DNA from: Azolla caroliniana
Taxonomy: Eukaryota; Plantae; Polypodiophyta
Length of the DNA: 64,000 nucleotides
Direction of reading: 5' to 3'
Assembly: GCA_043228905.1 (NCBI GenBank)
Contig: JBHGNT010000014.1
Coordinates: 17,360,001 to 17,424,000, forward strand
In this document: in pieces, positions 48,090 to 62,241 of the stretch
Layout of the letters: every line of letters begins with the position of its first letter
Position numbering within the stretch: position 1 is the stretch's first letter
Made by a program: the position numbers and the translations under genes
The notes under the pieces: generated by a model
The model's input: the letters and a program-made list of their open reading frames with translations, nothing else
Databases searched by the model: none
Told to the model about the DNA's origin: nothing

Positions 48090-50698
48090 CTAGAAGAGCT
48101 TTGTGAAGTCTTCATCCAATTGCAATCCAAAGTCACTGTGATTATGAGACATACTCCTTGTTTGTCTATGTATTACGTCCACAGGAACATCTGGGGTCTT
48201 CTCTTTTATTATCTTGATTGTAGTCTGTCTTAGATGGCCTGTTTTGGTCAAGGAGAAGTCATACACGAGTATGTCAACATTATCAAGTGCTAGACTAGAC
48301 GTGGTTGGTAGATTCTTTCTTCGTTGCTTTCTGCTTGTGCCTTCGACATCCTTAACCATCTCTAAAGAGTACTTCCCAGTAAATGCATCTTTGAAAGAGG
48401 TATGATACCAATGAACCATAATAGACTTTACTTGATTGCCTTCATCATCCTTAATAATTTCAATGATTTTGGCAATCCAGAAGGGATGGCCTAACTTATC
48501 ACCCCCAACTAATGTTGCAACCAACATACCAACTTGTGGCTCATGTAGATTGTCTTTCCAACTCGCCTCTGCAGCATGTGATAATCTTAGTCCCATGTAA
48601 ATATCTCTTCTTCATGGACGAACTAGATTATTTAATTCAAGATTATCTAGTGATTGTAAAGGAGTCATGCTTGCCATTGATGGGCCACCAAGCGCCCATT
48701 TGAATTGATTTTGTAGTGGCTAGAACCCTGTAAAGTGGTTATCTAATATTGTATGTTGATGATTAAAGAAGACATCCCACCAATCCACATCCTGATCATC
48801 AACATACTTTTTGGTTTGGTCAATATTTTTCTGTTTTTCCTCAGGGCACTACATCCAATATATCTTTTGCTCTTCAATTGAACTACCAACAACCAATCTT
48901 TTTTGGTCGTCATAGGTCATTTGCTCAGCACCATAGATTATTGCATCTGGGAAATGCAATAAGAGCCTACATCCGTCTTGTGGCTCCTATTGCGAACTAG
49001 ATGAGTATTGTTTGGCATACAACATGGTCTGGTTGTCACCGACCACACCTTTTTGGATGAGGAAGACGTGGTTAAAACTTACATTATTAAGCGGAGCAAG
49101 AACCCTACACCTAGTCCCATCACCATCCAAAGAGAAGCGCTTGAAATCATATACTTCATCTAAATGTTGCACATCTAGCTTGGGGGTATAAGCTTCAACA
49201 ACCAACCTTGATAGCATAGGAAGTGTGAAAGCATCACACCTCGCTAATTTCTTGGAGAACCTACTAAACATTTGATCTATGTGATCATGTGTATGACCAA
49301 CTAGCATGAAGTTGACCTTAATTTTTTTGAAAATACCCTTGTCTAATAACATGCTTAGGTAACCAAACAAAGTTGAGTTCTTGTTTTTTCTCGTTGTGTT
49401 GTCAAGTTGCACGTATAGTATTGGTGGGAGTAAACCTTGCCAACTTTGCAGAACTCTTTGCATGACTGTAGTTACTGTAAGATTAGGGTCTTTGTGGATA
49501 TTTAGATAAGTTAAGAACACTTGAGGCCTTATTGTCTGACAATACAAAAGAGGTCCTACTAAGTGCATCTGCACTAGGCATTCATCTCCAATATCCTTGG
49601 GCAATCTTCGAAAGTGTGGAAAACAAGTTTGCTTCTGATCCATCCCATCTATAATCAAGCACATGTATCTTGCTGGCGATTGAAGCGCTTTTTGACGATG
49701 GTGCATAACTTTAAATCTTTCCAACGCTTCGCTTTCTCGATGCTCTCTCAATAAAGTCTTATATTTTGTTATTTCTCCATCTATTGTGCCACTCTTTGCC
49801 AAGCTTTTTAAACTTGCACAGATCGAACAAACACCCATCCAGACCTTGCGAGCTATGACCACATTGTTAAACTTCGATCTCCATAAACGATTGAAATGCC
49901 TATACTGTATATAAGCTACACTTTCCAATAACATGTCATCCTTATAGGCTTGGTATACCTCACGACGAGTGAAGTTATCTGACAAATGTAACCTTCCAAT
50001 CGTGGGTATAACATCACATTGCTTCAAGAAATAAATCTCCATCCATCTAACAACATGTCGCCCAATCAGGCCCTTACATGAAGATTCTCTATTGTTCCCG
50101 ATGCTATAAGAAATTTTAAAAGCAACTCGACAACTCTTCGTAGTAAGTGAAAGGTAATATTTCACCTATTGAGAACACTACACTACTAGATTGTCCTTAA
50201 CAAGTTGCATATTGGCAATCAAGAATGTATCTTGTTCGTCGCCATTGAGAGACAAATACTTTTCATGCAACCCCTGCAAGTTTGCCTTTCCATATTTTGA
50301 TAGACAAAGGCTCCCACAACATACCTTGCATATGTCAATTGAAATTTGTCGATCCGAACACAAAAAATTATATCGTTTCACACTTGTCGAGGAACTCTTT
50401 ACAAATTTAGACGTTTATTGACACAGTCTTCATTAGCATTTGATTAACTAGAATTGACATGAGTTGTATCTACTTTAATATATCTTGTTTTACGTATGTT
50501 TAATGGCTCTATAAAAAAAATTGACGCTGAGCTTTGCTCTTGATCGTCATTGTTCTTAACATGGCACCTTTTATTATTAACATGGCTATATTCCTCGATT
50601 GAGAATAAGGAGTTATCAGATAATATAATAGGCTCAATAGAAAACAAAGAATTTTCACTCGACTTTGAAGACATTTTGCTCAAGGCTAAGTAACACAA
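48090..50698 (-). pseudogene. Sola1-like (DUF7869-type) DDD transposase, disrupted; copy 1
   Basis: 392-aa core 48987..50165 with CSICASL, IIDGMDQ, LYVQLDNTTRKNKN, FMLVGHTHDHIDQMFS; flanking ORF pieces on the same strand. The family assignment comes from motif recall. Confidence 0.72.
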
Positions 50699-50836
50699 AC
50701 AATGTCTAAAATAGGCACACGCTTGGTTCTATAATAAGCACCATGTCCAAAAACATATTTTTTATTTTTAAAAATAATAATTTTGAAAATACAAAATAAA
50801 AAATATATAAAGGGAAGTCATCTTCTATTTCTCATT

Positions 50837-53800
50837 TGACGAGAACCCAACGTTCCTTATGTCCAACACTCGGCCACAACCGAGATTCTTTTCATACACA
50901 GAAAAACAGGTAATAAAACACGACACAAAAGGAGAGGAAGATACACAAGAGGTTAACGTGGAAAACCCCAAACTAGGGGAAAAAACCACGGCAGCCCACA
51001 GGCTGCAAACTGTCACTATGTATGAATGTACAAAACAGTGAGTACATGGAGGCAACGACCTCGGACTCACGATCTTCGCCACAGGCGGCGGTTACAACAG
51101 AGGCAACGACCTCGTCTCTCTCTCTCTCTCTCTCTGTACAGTTACGCACTCTCTCTTTTTCTTGCACCAACAAGAAAAATGACAACAACAACTATTAGTT
51201 TGCCCTAAGTCATATTTATACTAATATGACTTTTCGGCTATTTACAAATATAGCCACGGTGGGCTCTCAGAAACATATTTACGAATATGTCTCTTCCTTC
51301 GGTTCATACCGGGTCTGCACCATCCGGCTCTCCGTAGCCGGGTACTCCTCATTCGGTTCGTACCGGGCCTGCACCATCCGGCTCTCCGTAGCCGGGTACT
51401 CCTCATCCGGTTCATACCGGGTTTGCACCATCCGGCTCTCCGTAGCCAGGTACTCCTCATCCGGTTCGTACCGGGCCTGCACCATCCGGCTCTCCGTAGC
51501 CGGGTACTCCTCGTCCGGTTCATACCGGGTCTGCATCGGCCGAGTTTGTTCATCGTCACTGATCTTCTTCCTTCCCATCCAAAGGGACCAGTTTCCCAAC
51601 AAACTCCCCCTTCACTCCGGCATGGGGTGTCTTACCAGCCCGATCTTCTTCCGGAATGCGTTCAGCTTGTCGGGTGCCAGCACTTTGGTTAGCATATCTG
51701 ACCCGTTCTCGGCCGTGTGGATCTTCGTCAGTGCGAACTCCTGGTCATCTACTCTTTCCCGGATCTAGTGATATCCCTTCTTCTGCTGGAATCCCTTCAC
51801 CACGATCCTGGCTTTGTATCTCGGGGGGTTGCCGGCATCTCCCGGTTTCAACTTGTACACCCACTTGTTTCGGAGTGCCCGCTTTCCTTTCGGCAACTCC
51901 ACCAATTCGTATGTATGGTTCTCATGCAGGGAATCCATCTCGTCCTGCATGGCACTTAACCATTTTCGGCTGTGGGTGTCTTCCTTCACTTCTTCGAAGC
52001 TTTCCGGCTCCCCCTCATCGGTCAGCAAAACACTCTGCATCCGGAAATCTCCGGGGGGCCCTTCTCTCTCAGAGAGGATATCTACGTCTTCGGGCTTCGG
52101 TAACCGGCTCCTCCATTTGCTCTTCATCCGAATCGGATTCGAGGTCTTGGCCGGTTCCGGTCTCAGCTTCCTCTACTTCTTCTTCTGCCGGTTCGGTATC
52201 CTCACCGTAACCGGCTGGTTCCTCGAGTGCTAACCGGTCTCTTGCCGGTTGGGTCTGCTCATCGTAAAGTCTATCCTTACCGGTCGACTCGGAGTTCATT
52301 ATCTTCTTCTCCGACTCCCAGTCGGCGAGCGTCTTGTCCTCCATGAAGATAATATCTCGACTCCGGGATACCTTCTTGTCGACCGGGTCCCACACTCGGT
52401 AGCCGAACTCATCGTCACCGTAACCGAGGAATATGCATGGTCGGGTCTTTGGATCTAGCTTTCCTCTCCGATCCTTTGCTACATGCACGTACGCGAGACA
52501 CCCGAACACCTTCAGATGCCGGTAGGATACTTCCTTACCGGTCCACACTCTCTGTGGCGTGTCTCCATCCAAGGGTACTGAGGGTGATCTATTTATCACG
52601 TATGTCGCCGTCGACAGTGCCTCAGCCCAAAACTTCTTGGGTAGTTTTGCATGCGCTAGCATACTCTGGACCCTCTCCATTATGGTCCGGTTCATCCTCT
52701 CGGCCAGTCCGTTTAGTTCCCGCGTCTTCGGCACGGTAAATTCGAGCCGGATTCCCTTCGAGCGGTAGTACTCCTCGAACTGCCCCCGGTATTCTCCTCC
52801 GGTGTCTGCTCGAACCGCCTTCAGCTTCCGGCCGGTTTCTCTTTCCACTCTCGTGTGGAGCTCTTTGAAGACGGATAACACCTGATCCTTCGTCTTCAGC
52901 GGTGTGGCCCACAGCTTCTGGCTGTGGTCATCTATGAACGTCACGAAGTACTGCGCTCCGGCATGTGACTTTGTGTCTACTTGACACACATCCGTATGCA
53001 CCAACTCCAGTGGTGCATTACGTCTCATCGGTGGCCTTGGTCGGAAGGAGGTCCGGTTCTGCTTACCGGCCAGACAATCAGTGCACTTCTCTAAGTGCAC
53101 GTTCTTCACTGGAATGAGGTTGTCGTCTGCAAGCCTCTTCATCCCCTTCTCGCTCATATGACACAGCCTCTTGTGCCACAGCTCACCAGCAGTGTCGGAT
53201 GCCACGTTTAGTTCTTCCGGACATAACCGGGCATTCATCAGGTACAGCGTGTTTACATTCCGGGCCCGAGCCACAATCAAGCTCCCTTTGCTGAACTTCA
53301 TGACACCGTTCCGGATGCTACCCGTGTAGCCTTCATCATCTAGCCGACCGGCTGATATCAGGTTCACACGAACTTCCGGAACGTGTCGGACATCCTTCAA
53401 AAGCAACTTGCATCCGGTTGCTGTTGTTAGCCACACGTCTCCTATGCCGACAATTCGGCATGTTCCTTCATTCCCCATCCGGACACAGCCGTGGTCACTG
53501 GCTGAGTAGGATGCGAAGCATTTCCGGTCCGGGGTAAGGTGGAACGATGCTCCGGAGTCTACCCCCCAGGTCATCTCGTCGCCGGCAAGGTTTATCTCAC
53601 TCTCCTCAGTGATGAGCATCAACTCTTCTTCACTTGCCGCGATTGCCGTCGTTCCCTTCCGGTCCGGCCCCCTCCGGTCTTTACCGTTTCGGTCTTTACC
53701 ATTCCGGTCCGGGGTTTGCTTCGAATCGGTACCGTCGGTTTCCTTGTCTTTACGGAAATGCCGACATTTCTTTTGGAAGTGTCCCGGCTTGCCGCAATAG

Positions 53801-54317
53801 AAGCAAGTAGGCCTCCCCCTTGACTTTGACCGTTTCCCCGACTTCTCCCAGTTCTGGGGACTACGGTTTCTATGTCTTCCGCGTTCCGATTCGGTAAGGA
53901 GCGCTTTGGAGTCGGAGCTCATATCTTTGTCTTTCCGACGCGCCTCCTCATCTAGCAAGCTCGACTTTACTCTTGCTAGGGATAACCGTTTTCCTTCCGG
54001 ACCGGCGTTGCCCAAAGTGACAACCAACGTCTCCCAGCTATCCGGGAGGGAACCGAGCAGGAGTAGCGCTAATACCTCATCGGCAAGAGGTACTTCCAAT
54101 GACGTTGCCTGGTGTATCATCCCCTGGAAGGCATTCATATGCTCCGCCATGTTGGAGCCATCTTGGTACCGGAGTCTTACTAGCTTCCGGAATACCGAAA
54201 CCTGATTAACATCATTTTTGTTTTGAAACATTATGCCGATCTTCTCCCAGAGCTCATGAGCCTTGCTCTCTTCATTGAAGTTGTTGTACAGGCTCATGTC
54301 GATGAAGCACCGTATGT
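50837..54317 (-). mobile_element. Copia H (A/B-related): 3' LTR 50837-51601, PPT, RT deleted, gag 5'-truncated; copy 1
   Basis: 742-aa gag-protease-integrase ORF 52069..54297; frameshift; KGFQQKKG joined directly to the RNase H end (YH) near 51772; PPT 51602-51611. Confidence 0.93.
51299..51540. repeat. 60-bp minisatellite x4 in the Copia H LTR (also 59223-59464)
   Basis: Period 60; contains CATCCGGCTCTCCGTAGCCGGGTACTC, related to the 27/28-bp unit of A and B. Confidence 0.93.
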
Positions 54318-56013
54318 AACTCTATCGGATCGAACAGTGGCAGATGATGCTTGGACTGCACAGTGGCGGCAACTGAGTGTAGAATGGCGACAATGGAGGA
54401 GTGGACTCAATAGGGTTTAGGAACAATGGTAGTAACCTAAGCTTGAATAATCACAAAGTGATGGCCAACGTGATGTGGCAATGGATCATGCATAATGCAC
54501 CTAGGAATTCGGTATATAATTTATGGTGCACACATCCATTTATGGTGCATGTTTATGTTGCATATTTATGGTGCTTATTTCTATAATTAAAGCATTCTAA
54601 TGTTTTCATTCATGGTGCAAAAATGACTATTTATCACTGGTAGCTTTTTGCATAGCTAATTGTTTCCACTCGCATGTTTTAACCCATATTCATACATATT
54701 CGTGAATCGCCATCTTGATGTAACATACAATATTTACATTTCATATATGAGAACCATCACTTCCCAAAGATACACCTTCCCCTTCAGACCCATCCGATGA
54801 ACTAGAAGAGCTTTGTGAGGTCTCATCCTCATCATCACTAGCAACAAATGCATTGTCTTCATCCAATTGCAATCCAACGTCACTGTGATTATGAGACATA
54901 CTCCTTGTTCGTGTTTCGGTTGCATCAAGAGGTACATCTGGGATCTTCTCTTTTATTATCCTGATTGTAGTTTGTCTTAGATGGCTTGTTTTGGTCAAGG
55001 AGAAGTCATACACTAGTATGTCGGCATTATCAAGTGTCAGAGTAGACGTGTCGGGTGTTACGAAGGCGCTTCGGCTCTTCTTTGTGCACATCAGATCGTG
55101 ATGTGCTAGATTGTTTAGTGTGCTCAAGGCAGAAAAGGAAGGGGGAAGGGGACTTACCTCTGTAGCAACCCAAAAGCTTCTATTTCATTACACACAGCGA
55201 AACCTCTCTTGTCAGTTTTCTTCTCCTCTTACAACTACTCTCATACTTCTCACTCTTACTTTTTTACCTAAGTTATAAGTGTCTTACATATTCAGCTAAT
55301 TAGCTGTGAGTAGCTAATTAGCTGTGACTACCTAAATAGTTGAGTAGCTAAATAGTTGTTTTACCTATATGTCCACTAGTAACACCGGGGCATTTGAAAT
55401 AGGTGATATGTCGCAATTTAAGAACAGTCTGTCCAAAAAAGGCACAAAGAAGGTCATTTCACAAAAAGGACCATCGCATGCGTAAAGGGTTTTGGAAATT
55501 GAATCAAAATATATTGATTTATACCATAGTATGAACCATACGTATCATACGTGCATTCGCATTCGTGAATGTTTCAATCATTTGTGTAAGAAAAACACCC
55601 TCTATGAATGATAAATACCATACTTTTGGATTAACTATTTATTATGAGGTAAATAAGCCTAAAAAAAGGAAAAAAATTAAAAAAAATGGGAAAAAAACAA
55701 AAACACAAGAATGTTTGAATAGCATTTGCATTCGTTTTCCAGCATAGGAAAACGAATGTTATGCTAGACAAACACGAATTTTACGTACTATGATTTATAC
55801 CATGTCCAAAAATTTCAGGCTTTCAAAAAATGCCCCTAATAATCGACATGTGAAATTTACAAGAGAACATACAAAAACTACAAAATGACTAACATGTATA
55901 TTTATATATATTTGTGAATCACCATATTGATGTAACATACAATATTTACATTTCATATATGAGATCCATCACTTCCAAGAGATACACCTTCCGCTTTAGA
56001 CCCACCCGGTGAA

Positions 56014-58622
56014 CTAGAAGAGCTTTGTGAAGTCTTCATCCAATTGCAATCCAAAGTCACTGTGATTATGAGACATACTCCTTGTTTGTCTATGTATTAC
56101 GTCCACAGGAACATCTGGGGTCTTCTCTTTTATTATCTTGATTGTAGTCTGTCTTAGATGGCCTGTTTTGGTCAAGGAGAAGTCATACACGAGTATGTCA
56201 ACATTATCAAGTGCTAGACTAGACGTGGTTGGTAGATTCTTTCTTCGTTGCTTTCTGCTTGTGCCTTCGACATCCTTAACCATCTCTAAAGAGTACTTCC
56301 CAGTAAATGCATCTTTGAAAGAGGTATGATACCAATGAACCATAATAGACTTTACTTGATTGCCTTCATCATCCTTAATAATTTCAATGATTTTGGCAAT
56401 CCAGAAGGGATGGCCTAACTTATCACCCCCAACTAATGTTGCAACCAACATACCAACTTGTGGCTCATGTAGATTGTCTTTCCAACTCGCCTCTGCAGCA
56501 TGTGATAATCTTAGTCCCATGTAAATATCTCTTCTTCATGGACGAACTAGATTATTTAATTCAAGATTATCTAGTGATTGTAAAGGAGTCATGCTTGCCA
56601 TTGATGGGCCACCAAGCGCCCATTTGAATTGATTTTGTAGTGGCTAGAACCCTGTAAAGTGGTTATCTAATATTGTATGTTGATGATTAAAGAAGACATC
56701 CCACCAATCCACATCCTGATCATCAACATACTTTTTGGTTTGGTCAATATTTTTCTGTTTTTCCTCAGGGCACTACATCCAATATATCTTTTGCTCTTCA
56801 ATTGAACTACCAACAACCAATCTTTTTTGGTCGTCATAGGTCATTTGCTCAGCACCATAGATTATTGCATCTGGGAAATGCAATAAGAGCCTACATCCGT
56901 CTTGTGGCTCCTATTGCGAACTAGATGAGTATTGTTTGGCATACAACATGGTCTGGTTGTCACCGACCACACCTTTTTGGATGAGGAAGACGTGGTTAAA
57001 ACTTACATTATTAAGCGGAGCAAGAACCCTACACCTAGTCCCATCACCATCCAAAGAGAAGCGCTTGAAATCATATACTTCATCTAAATGTTGCACATCT
57101 AGCTTGGGGGTATAAGCTTCAACAACCAACCTTGATAGCATAGGAAGTGTGAAAGCATCACACCTCGCTAATTTCTTGGAGAACCTACTAAACATTTGAT
57201 CTATGTGATCATGTGTATGACCAACTAGCATGAAGTTGACCTTAATTTTTTTGAAAATACCCTTGTCTAATAACATGCTTAGGTAACCAAACAAAGTTGA
57301 GTTCTTGTTTTTTCTCGTTGTGTTGTCAAGTTGCACGTATAGTATTGGTGGGAGTAAACCTTGCCAACTTTGCAGAACTCTTTGCATGACTGTAGTTACT
57401 GTAAGATTAGGGTCTTTGTGGATATTTAGATAAGTTAAGAACACTTGAGGCCTTATTGTCTGACAATACAAAAGAGGTCCTACTAAGTGCATCTGCACTA
57501 GGCATTCATCTCCAATATCCTTGGGCAATCTTCGAAAGTGTGGAAAACAAGTTTGCTTCTGATCCATCCCATCTATAATCAAGCACATGTATCTTGCTGG
57601 CGATTGAAGCGCTTTTTGACGATGGTGCATAACTTTAAATCTTTCCAACGCTTCGCTTTCTCGATGCTCTCTCAATAAAGTCTTATATTTTGTTATTTCT
57701 CCATCTATTGTGCCACTCTTTGCCAAGCTTTTTAAACTTGCACAGATCGAACAAACACCCATCCAGACCTTGCGAGCTATGACCACATTGTTAAACTTCG
57801 ATCTCCATAAACGATTGAAATGCCTATACTGTATATAAGCTACACTTTCCAATAACATGTCATCCTTATAGGCTTGGTATACCTCACGACGAGTGAAGTT
57901 ATCTGACAAATGTAACCTTCCAATCGTGGGTATAACATCACATTGCTTCAAGAAATAAATCTCCATCCATCTAACAACATGTCGCCCAATCAGGCCCTTA
58001 CATGAAGATTCTCTATTGTTCCCGATGCTATAAGAAATTTTAAAAGCAACTCGACAACTCTTCGTAGTAAGTGAAAGGTAATATTTCACCTATTGAGAAC
58101 ACTACACTACTAGATTGTCCTTAACAAGTTGCATATTGGCAATCAAGAATGTATCTTGTTCGTCGCCATTGAGAGACAAATACTTTTCATGCAACCCCTG
58201 CAAGTTTGCCTTTCCATATTTTGATAGACAAAGGCTCCCACAACATACCTTGCATATGTCAATTGAAATTTGTCGATCCGAACACAAAAAATTATATCGT
58301 TTCACACTTGTCGAGGAACTCTTTACAAATTTAGACGTTTATTGACACAGTCTTCATTAGCATTTGATTAACTAGAATTGACATGAGTTGTATCTACTTT
58401 AATATATCTTGTTTTACGTATGTTTAATGGCTCTATAAAAAAAATTGACGCTGAGCTTTGCTCTTGATCGTCATTGTTCTTAACATGGCACCTTTTATTA
58501 TTAACATGGCTATATTCCTCGATTGAGAATAAGGAGTTATCAGATAATATAATAGGCTCAATAGAAAACAAAGAATTTTCACTCGACTTTGAAGACATTT
58601 TGCTCAAGGCTAAGTAACACAA
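56014..58622 (-). pseudogene. Sola1-like transposase, copy 2
   Basis: Identical translations at +7924. Confidence 0.72.
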
Positions 58623-58760
58623 ACAATGTCTAAAATAGGCACACGCTTGGTTCTATAATAAGCACCATGTCCAAAAACATATTTTTTATTTTTAAAAATA
58701 ATAATTTTGAAAATACAAAATAAAAAATATATAAAGGGAAGTCATCTTCTATTTCTCATT

Positions 58761-61700
58761 TGACGAGAACCCAACGTTCCTTATGTCCAACACTCGGCCA
58801 CAACCGAGATTCTTTTCATACACAGAAAAACAGGTAATAAAACACGACACAAAAGGAGAGGAAGATACACAAGAGGTTAACGTGGAAAACCCCAAACTAG
58901 GGGAAAAAACCACGGCAGCCCACAGGCTGCAAACTGTCACTATGTATGAATGTACAAAACAGTGAGTACATGGAGGCAACGACCTCGGACTCACGATCTT
59001 CGCCACAGGCGGCGGTTACAACAGAGGCAACGACCTCGTCTCTCTCTCTCTCTCTCTCTGTACAGTTACGCACTCTCTCTTTTTCTTGCACCAACAAGAA
59101 AAATGACAACAACAACTATTAGTTTGCCCTAAGTCATATTTATACTAATATGACTTTTCGGCTATTTACAAATATAGCCACGGTGGGCTCTCAGAAACAT
59201 ATTTACGAATATGTCTCTTCCTTCGGTTCATACCGGGTCTGCACCATCCGGCTCTCCGTAGCCGGGTACTCCTCATTCGGTTCGTACCGGGCCTGCACCA
59301 TCCGGCTCTCCGTAGCCGGGTACTCCTCATCCGGTTCATACCGGGTTTGCACCATCCGGCTCTCCGTAGCCAGGTACTCCTCATCCGGTTCGTACCGGGC
59401 CTGCACCATCCGGCTCTCCGTAGCCGGGTACTCCTCGTCCGGTTCATACCGGGTCTGCATCGGCCGAGTTTGTTCATCGTCACTGATCTTCTTCCTTCCC
59501 ATCCAAAGGGACCAGTTTCCCAACAAACTCCCCCTTCACTCCGGCATGGGGTGTCTTACCAGCCCGATCTTCTTCCGGAATGCGTTCAGCTTGTCGGGTG
59601 CCAGCACTTTGGTTAGCATATCTGACCCGTTCTCGGCCGTGTGGATCTTCGTCAGTGCGAACTCCTGGTCATCTACTCTTTCCCGGATCTAGTGATATCC
59701 CTTCTTCTGCTGGAATCCCTTCACCACGATCCTGGCTTTGTATCTCGGGGGGTTGCCGGCATCTCCCGGTTTCAACTTGTACACCCACTTGTTTCGGAGT
59801 GCCCGCTTTCCTTTCGGCAACTCCACCAATTCGTATGTATGGTTCTCATGCAGGGAATCCATCTCGTCCTGCATGGCACTTAACCATTTTCGGCTGTGGG
59901 TGTCTTCCTTCACTTCTTCGAAGCTTTCCGGCTCCCCCTCATCGCTCAGCAAAACACTCTGCATCCGGAAATCTCCGGGGGGCCCTTCTCTCTCAGAGAG
60001 GATATCTACGTCTTCGGGCTTCGGTAACCGGCTCCTCCATTTGCTCTTCATCCGAATCGGATTCGAGGTCTTGGCCGGTTCCGGTCTCAGCTTCCTCTAC
60101 TTCTTCTTCTGCCGGTTCGGTATCCTCACCGTAACCGGCTGGTTCCTCGAGTGCTAACCGGTCTCTTGCCGGTTGGGTCTGCTCATCGTAAAGTCTATCC
60201 TTACCGGTCGACTCGGAGTTCATTATCTTCTTCTCCGACTCCCAGTCGGCGAGCGTCTTGTCCTCCATGAAGATAATATCTCGACTCCGGGATACCTTCT
60301 TGTCGACCGGGTCCCACACTCGGTAGCCGAACTCATCGTCACCGTAACCGAGGAATATGCATGGTCGGGTCTTTGGATCTAGCTTTCCTCTCCGATCCTT
60401 TGCTACATGCACGTACGCGAGACACCCGAACACCTTCAGATGCCGGTAGGATACTTCCTTACCGGTCCACACTCTCTGTGGCGTGTCTCCATCCAAGGGT
60501 ACTGAGGGTGATCTATTTATCACGTATGTCGCCGTCGACAGTGCCTCAGCCCAAAACTTCTTGGGTAGTTTTGCATGCGCTAGCATACTCTGGACCCTCT
60601 CCATTATGGTCCGGTTCATCCTCTCGGCCAGTCCGTTTAGTTCCCGCGTCTTCGGCACGGTAAATTCGAGCCGGATTCCCTTCGAGCGGTAGTACTCCTC
60701 GAACTGCCCCCGGTATTCTCCTCCGGTGTCTGCTCGAACCGCCTTCAGCTTCCGGCCGGTTTCTCTTTCCACTCTCGTGTGGAGCTCTTTGAAGACGGAT
60801 AACACCTGATCCTTCGTCTTCAGCGGTGTGGCCCACAGCTTCTGGCTGTGGTCATCTATGAACGTCACGAAGTACTGCGCTCCGGCATGTGACTTTGTGT
60901 CTACTTGACACACATCCGTATGCACCAACTCCAGTGGTGCATTACGTCTCATCGGTGGCCTTGGTCGGAAGGAGGTCCGGTTCTGCTTACCGGCCAGACA
61001 ATCAGTGCACTTCTCTAAGTGCACGTTCTTCACTGGAATGAGGTTGTCGTCTGCAAGCCTCTTCATCCCCTTCTCGCTCATATGACACAGCCTCTTGTGC
61101 CACAGCTCACCAGCAGTGTCGGATGCCACGTTTAGTTCTTCCGGACATAACCGGGCATTCATCAGGTACAGCGTGTTTACATTCCGGGCCCGAGCCACAA
61201 TCAAGCTCCCTTTGCTGAACTTCATGACACCGTTCCGGATGCTACCCGTGTAGCCTTCATCATCTAGCCGACCGGCTGATATCAGGTTCACACGAACTTC
61301 CGGAACGTGTCGGACATCCTTCAAAAGCAACTTGCATCCGGTTGCTGTTGTTAGCCACACGTCTCCTATGCCGACAATTCGGCATGTTCCTTCATTCCCC
61401 ATCCGGACACAGCCGTGGTCACTGGCTGAGTAGGATGCGAAGCATTTCCGGTCCGGGGTAAGGTGGAACGATGCTCCGGAGTCTACCCCCCAGGTCATCT
61501 CGTCGCCGGCAAGGTTTATCTCACTCTCCTCAGTGATGAGCATCAACTCTTCTTCACTTGCCGCGATTGCCGTCGTTCCCTTCCGGTCCGGCCCCCTCCG
61601 GTCTTTACCGTTTCGGTCTTTACCATTCCGGTCCGGGGTTTGCTTCGAATCGGTACCGTCGGTTTCCTTGTCTTTACGGAAATGCCGACATTTCTTTTGG

Positions 61701-62241
61701 AAGTGTCCCGGCTTGCCGCAATAGAAGCAAGTAGGCCTCCCCCTTGACTTTGACCGTTTCCCCGACTTCTCCCAGTTCTGGGGACTACGGTTTCTATGTC
61801 TTCCGCGTTCCGATTCGGTAAGGAGCGCTTTGGAGTCGGAGCTCATATCTTTGTCTTTCCGACGCGCCTCCTCATCTAGCAAGCTCGACTTTACTCTTGC
61901 TAGGGATAACCGTTTTCCTTCCGGACCGGCGTTGCCCAAAGTGACAACCAACGTCTCCCAGCTATCCGGGAGGGAACCGAGCAGGAGTAGCGCTAATACC
62001 TCATCGGCAAGAGGTACTTCCAATGACGTTGCCTGGTGTATCATCCCCTGGAAGGCATTCATATGCTCCGCCATGTTGGAGCCATCTTGGTACCGGAGTC
62101 TTACTAGCTTCCGGAATACCGAAACCTGATTAACATCATTTTTGTTTTGAAACATTATGCCGATCTTCTCCCAGAGCTCATGAGCCTTGCTCTCTTCATT
62201 GAAGTTGTTGTACAGGCTCATGTCGATGAAGCACCGTATGT
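58761..62241 (-). mobile_element. Copia H, copy 2
   Basis: Same structure at +7924 (ORF 59993..62221). Confidence 0.93.

Noticed and set aside
51242-51602. Repeat-peptide ORFs (YEPDEEYPATESR)
   Set aside because: Translation of the 60-bp LTR minisatellite; no evidence of coding.
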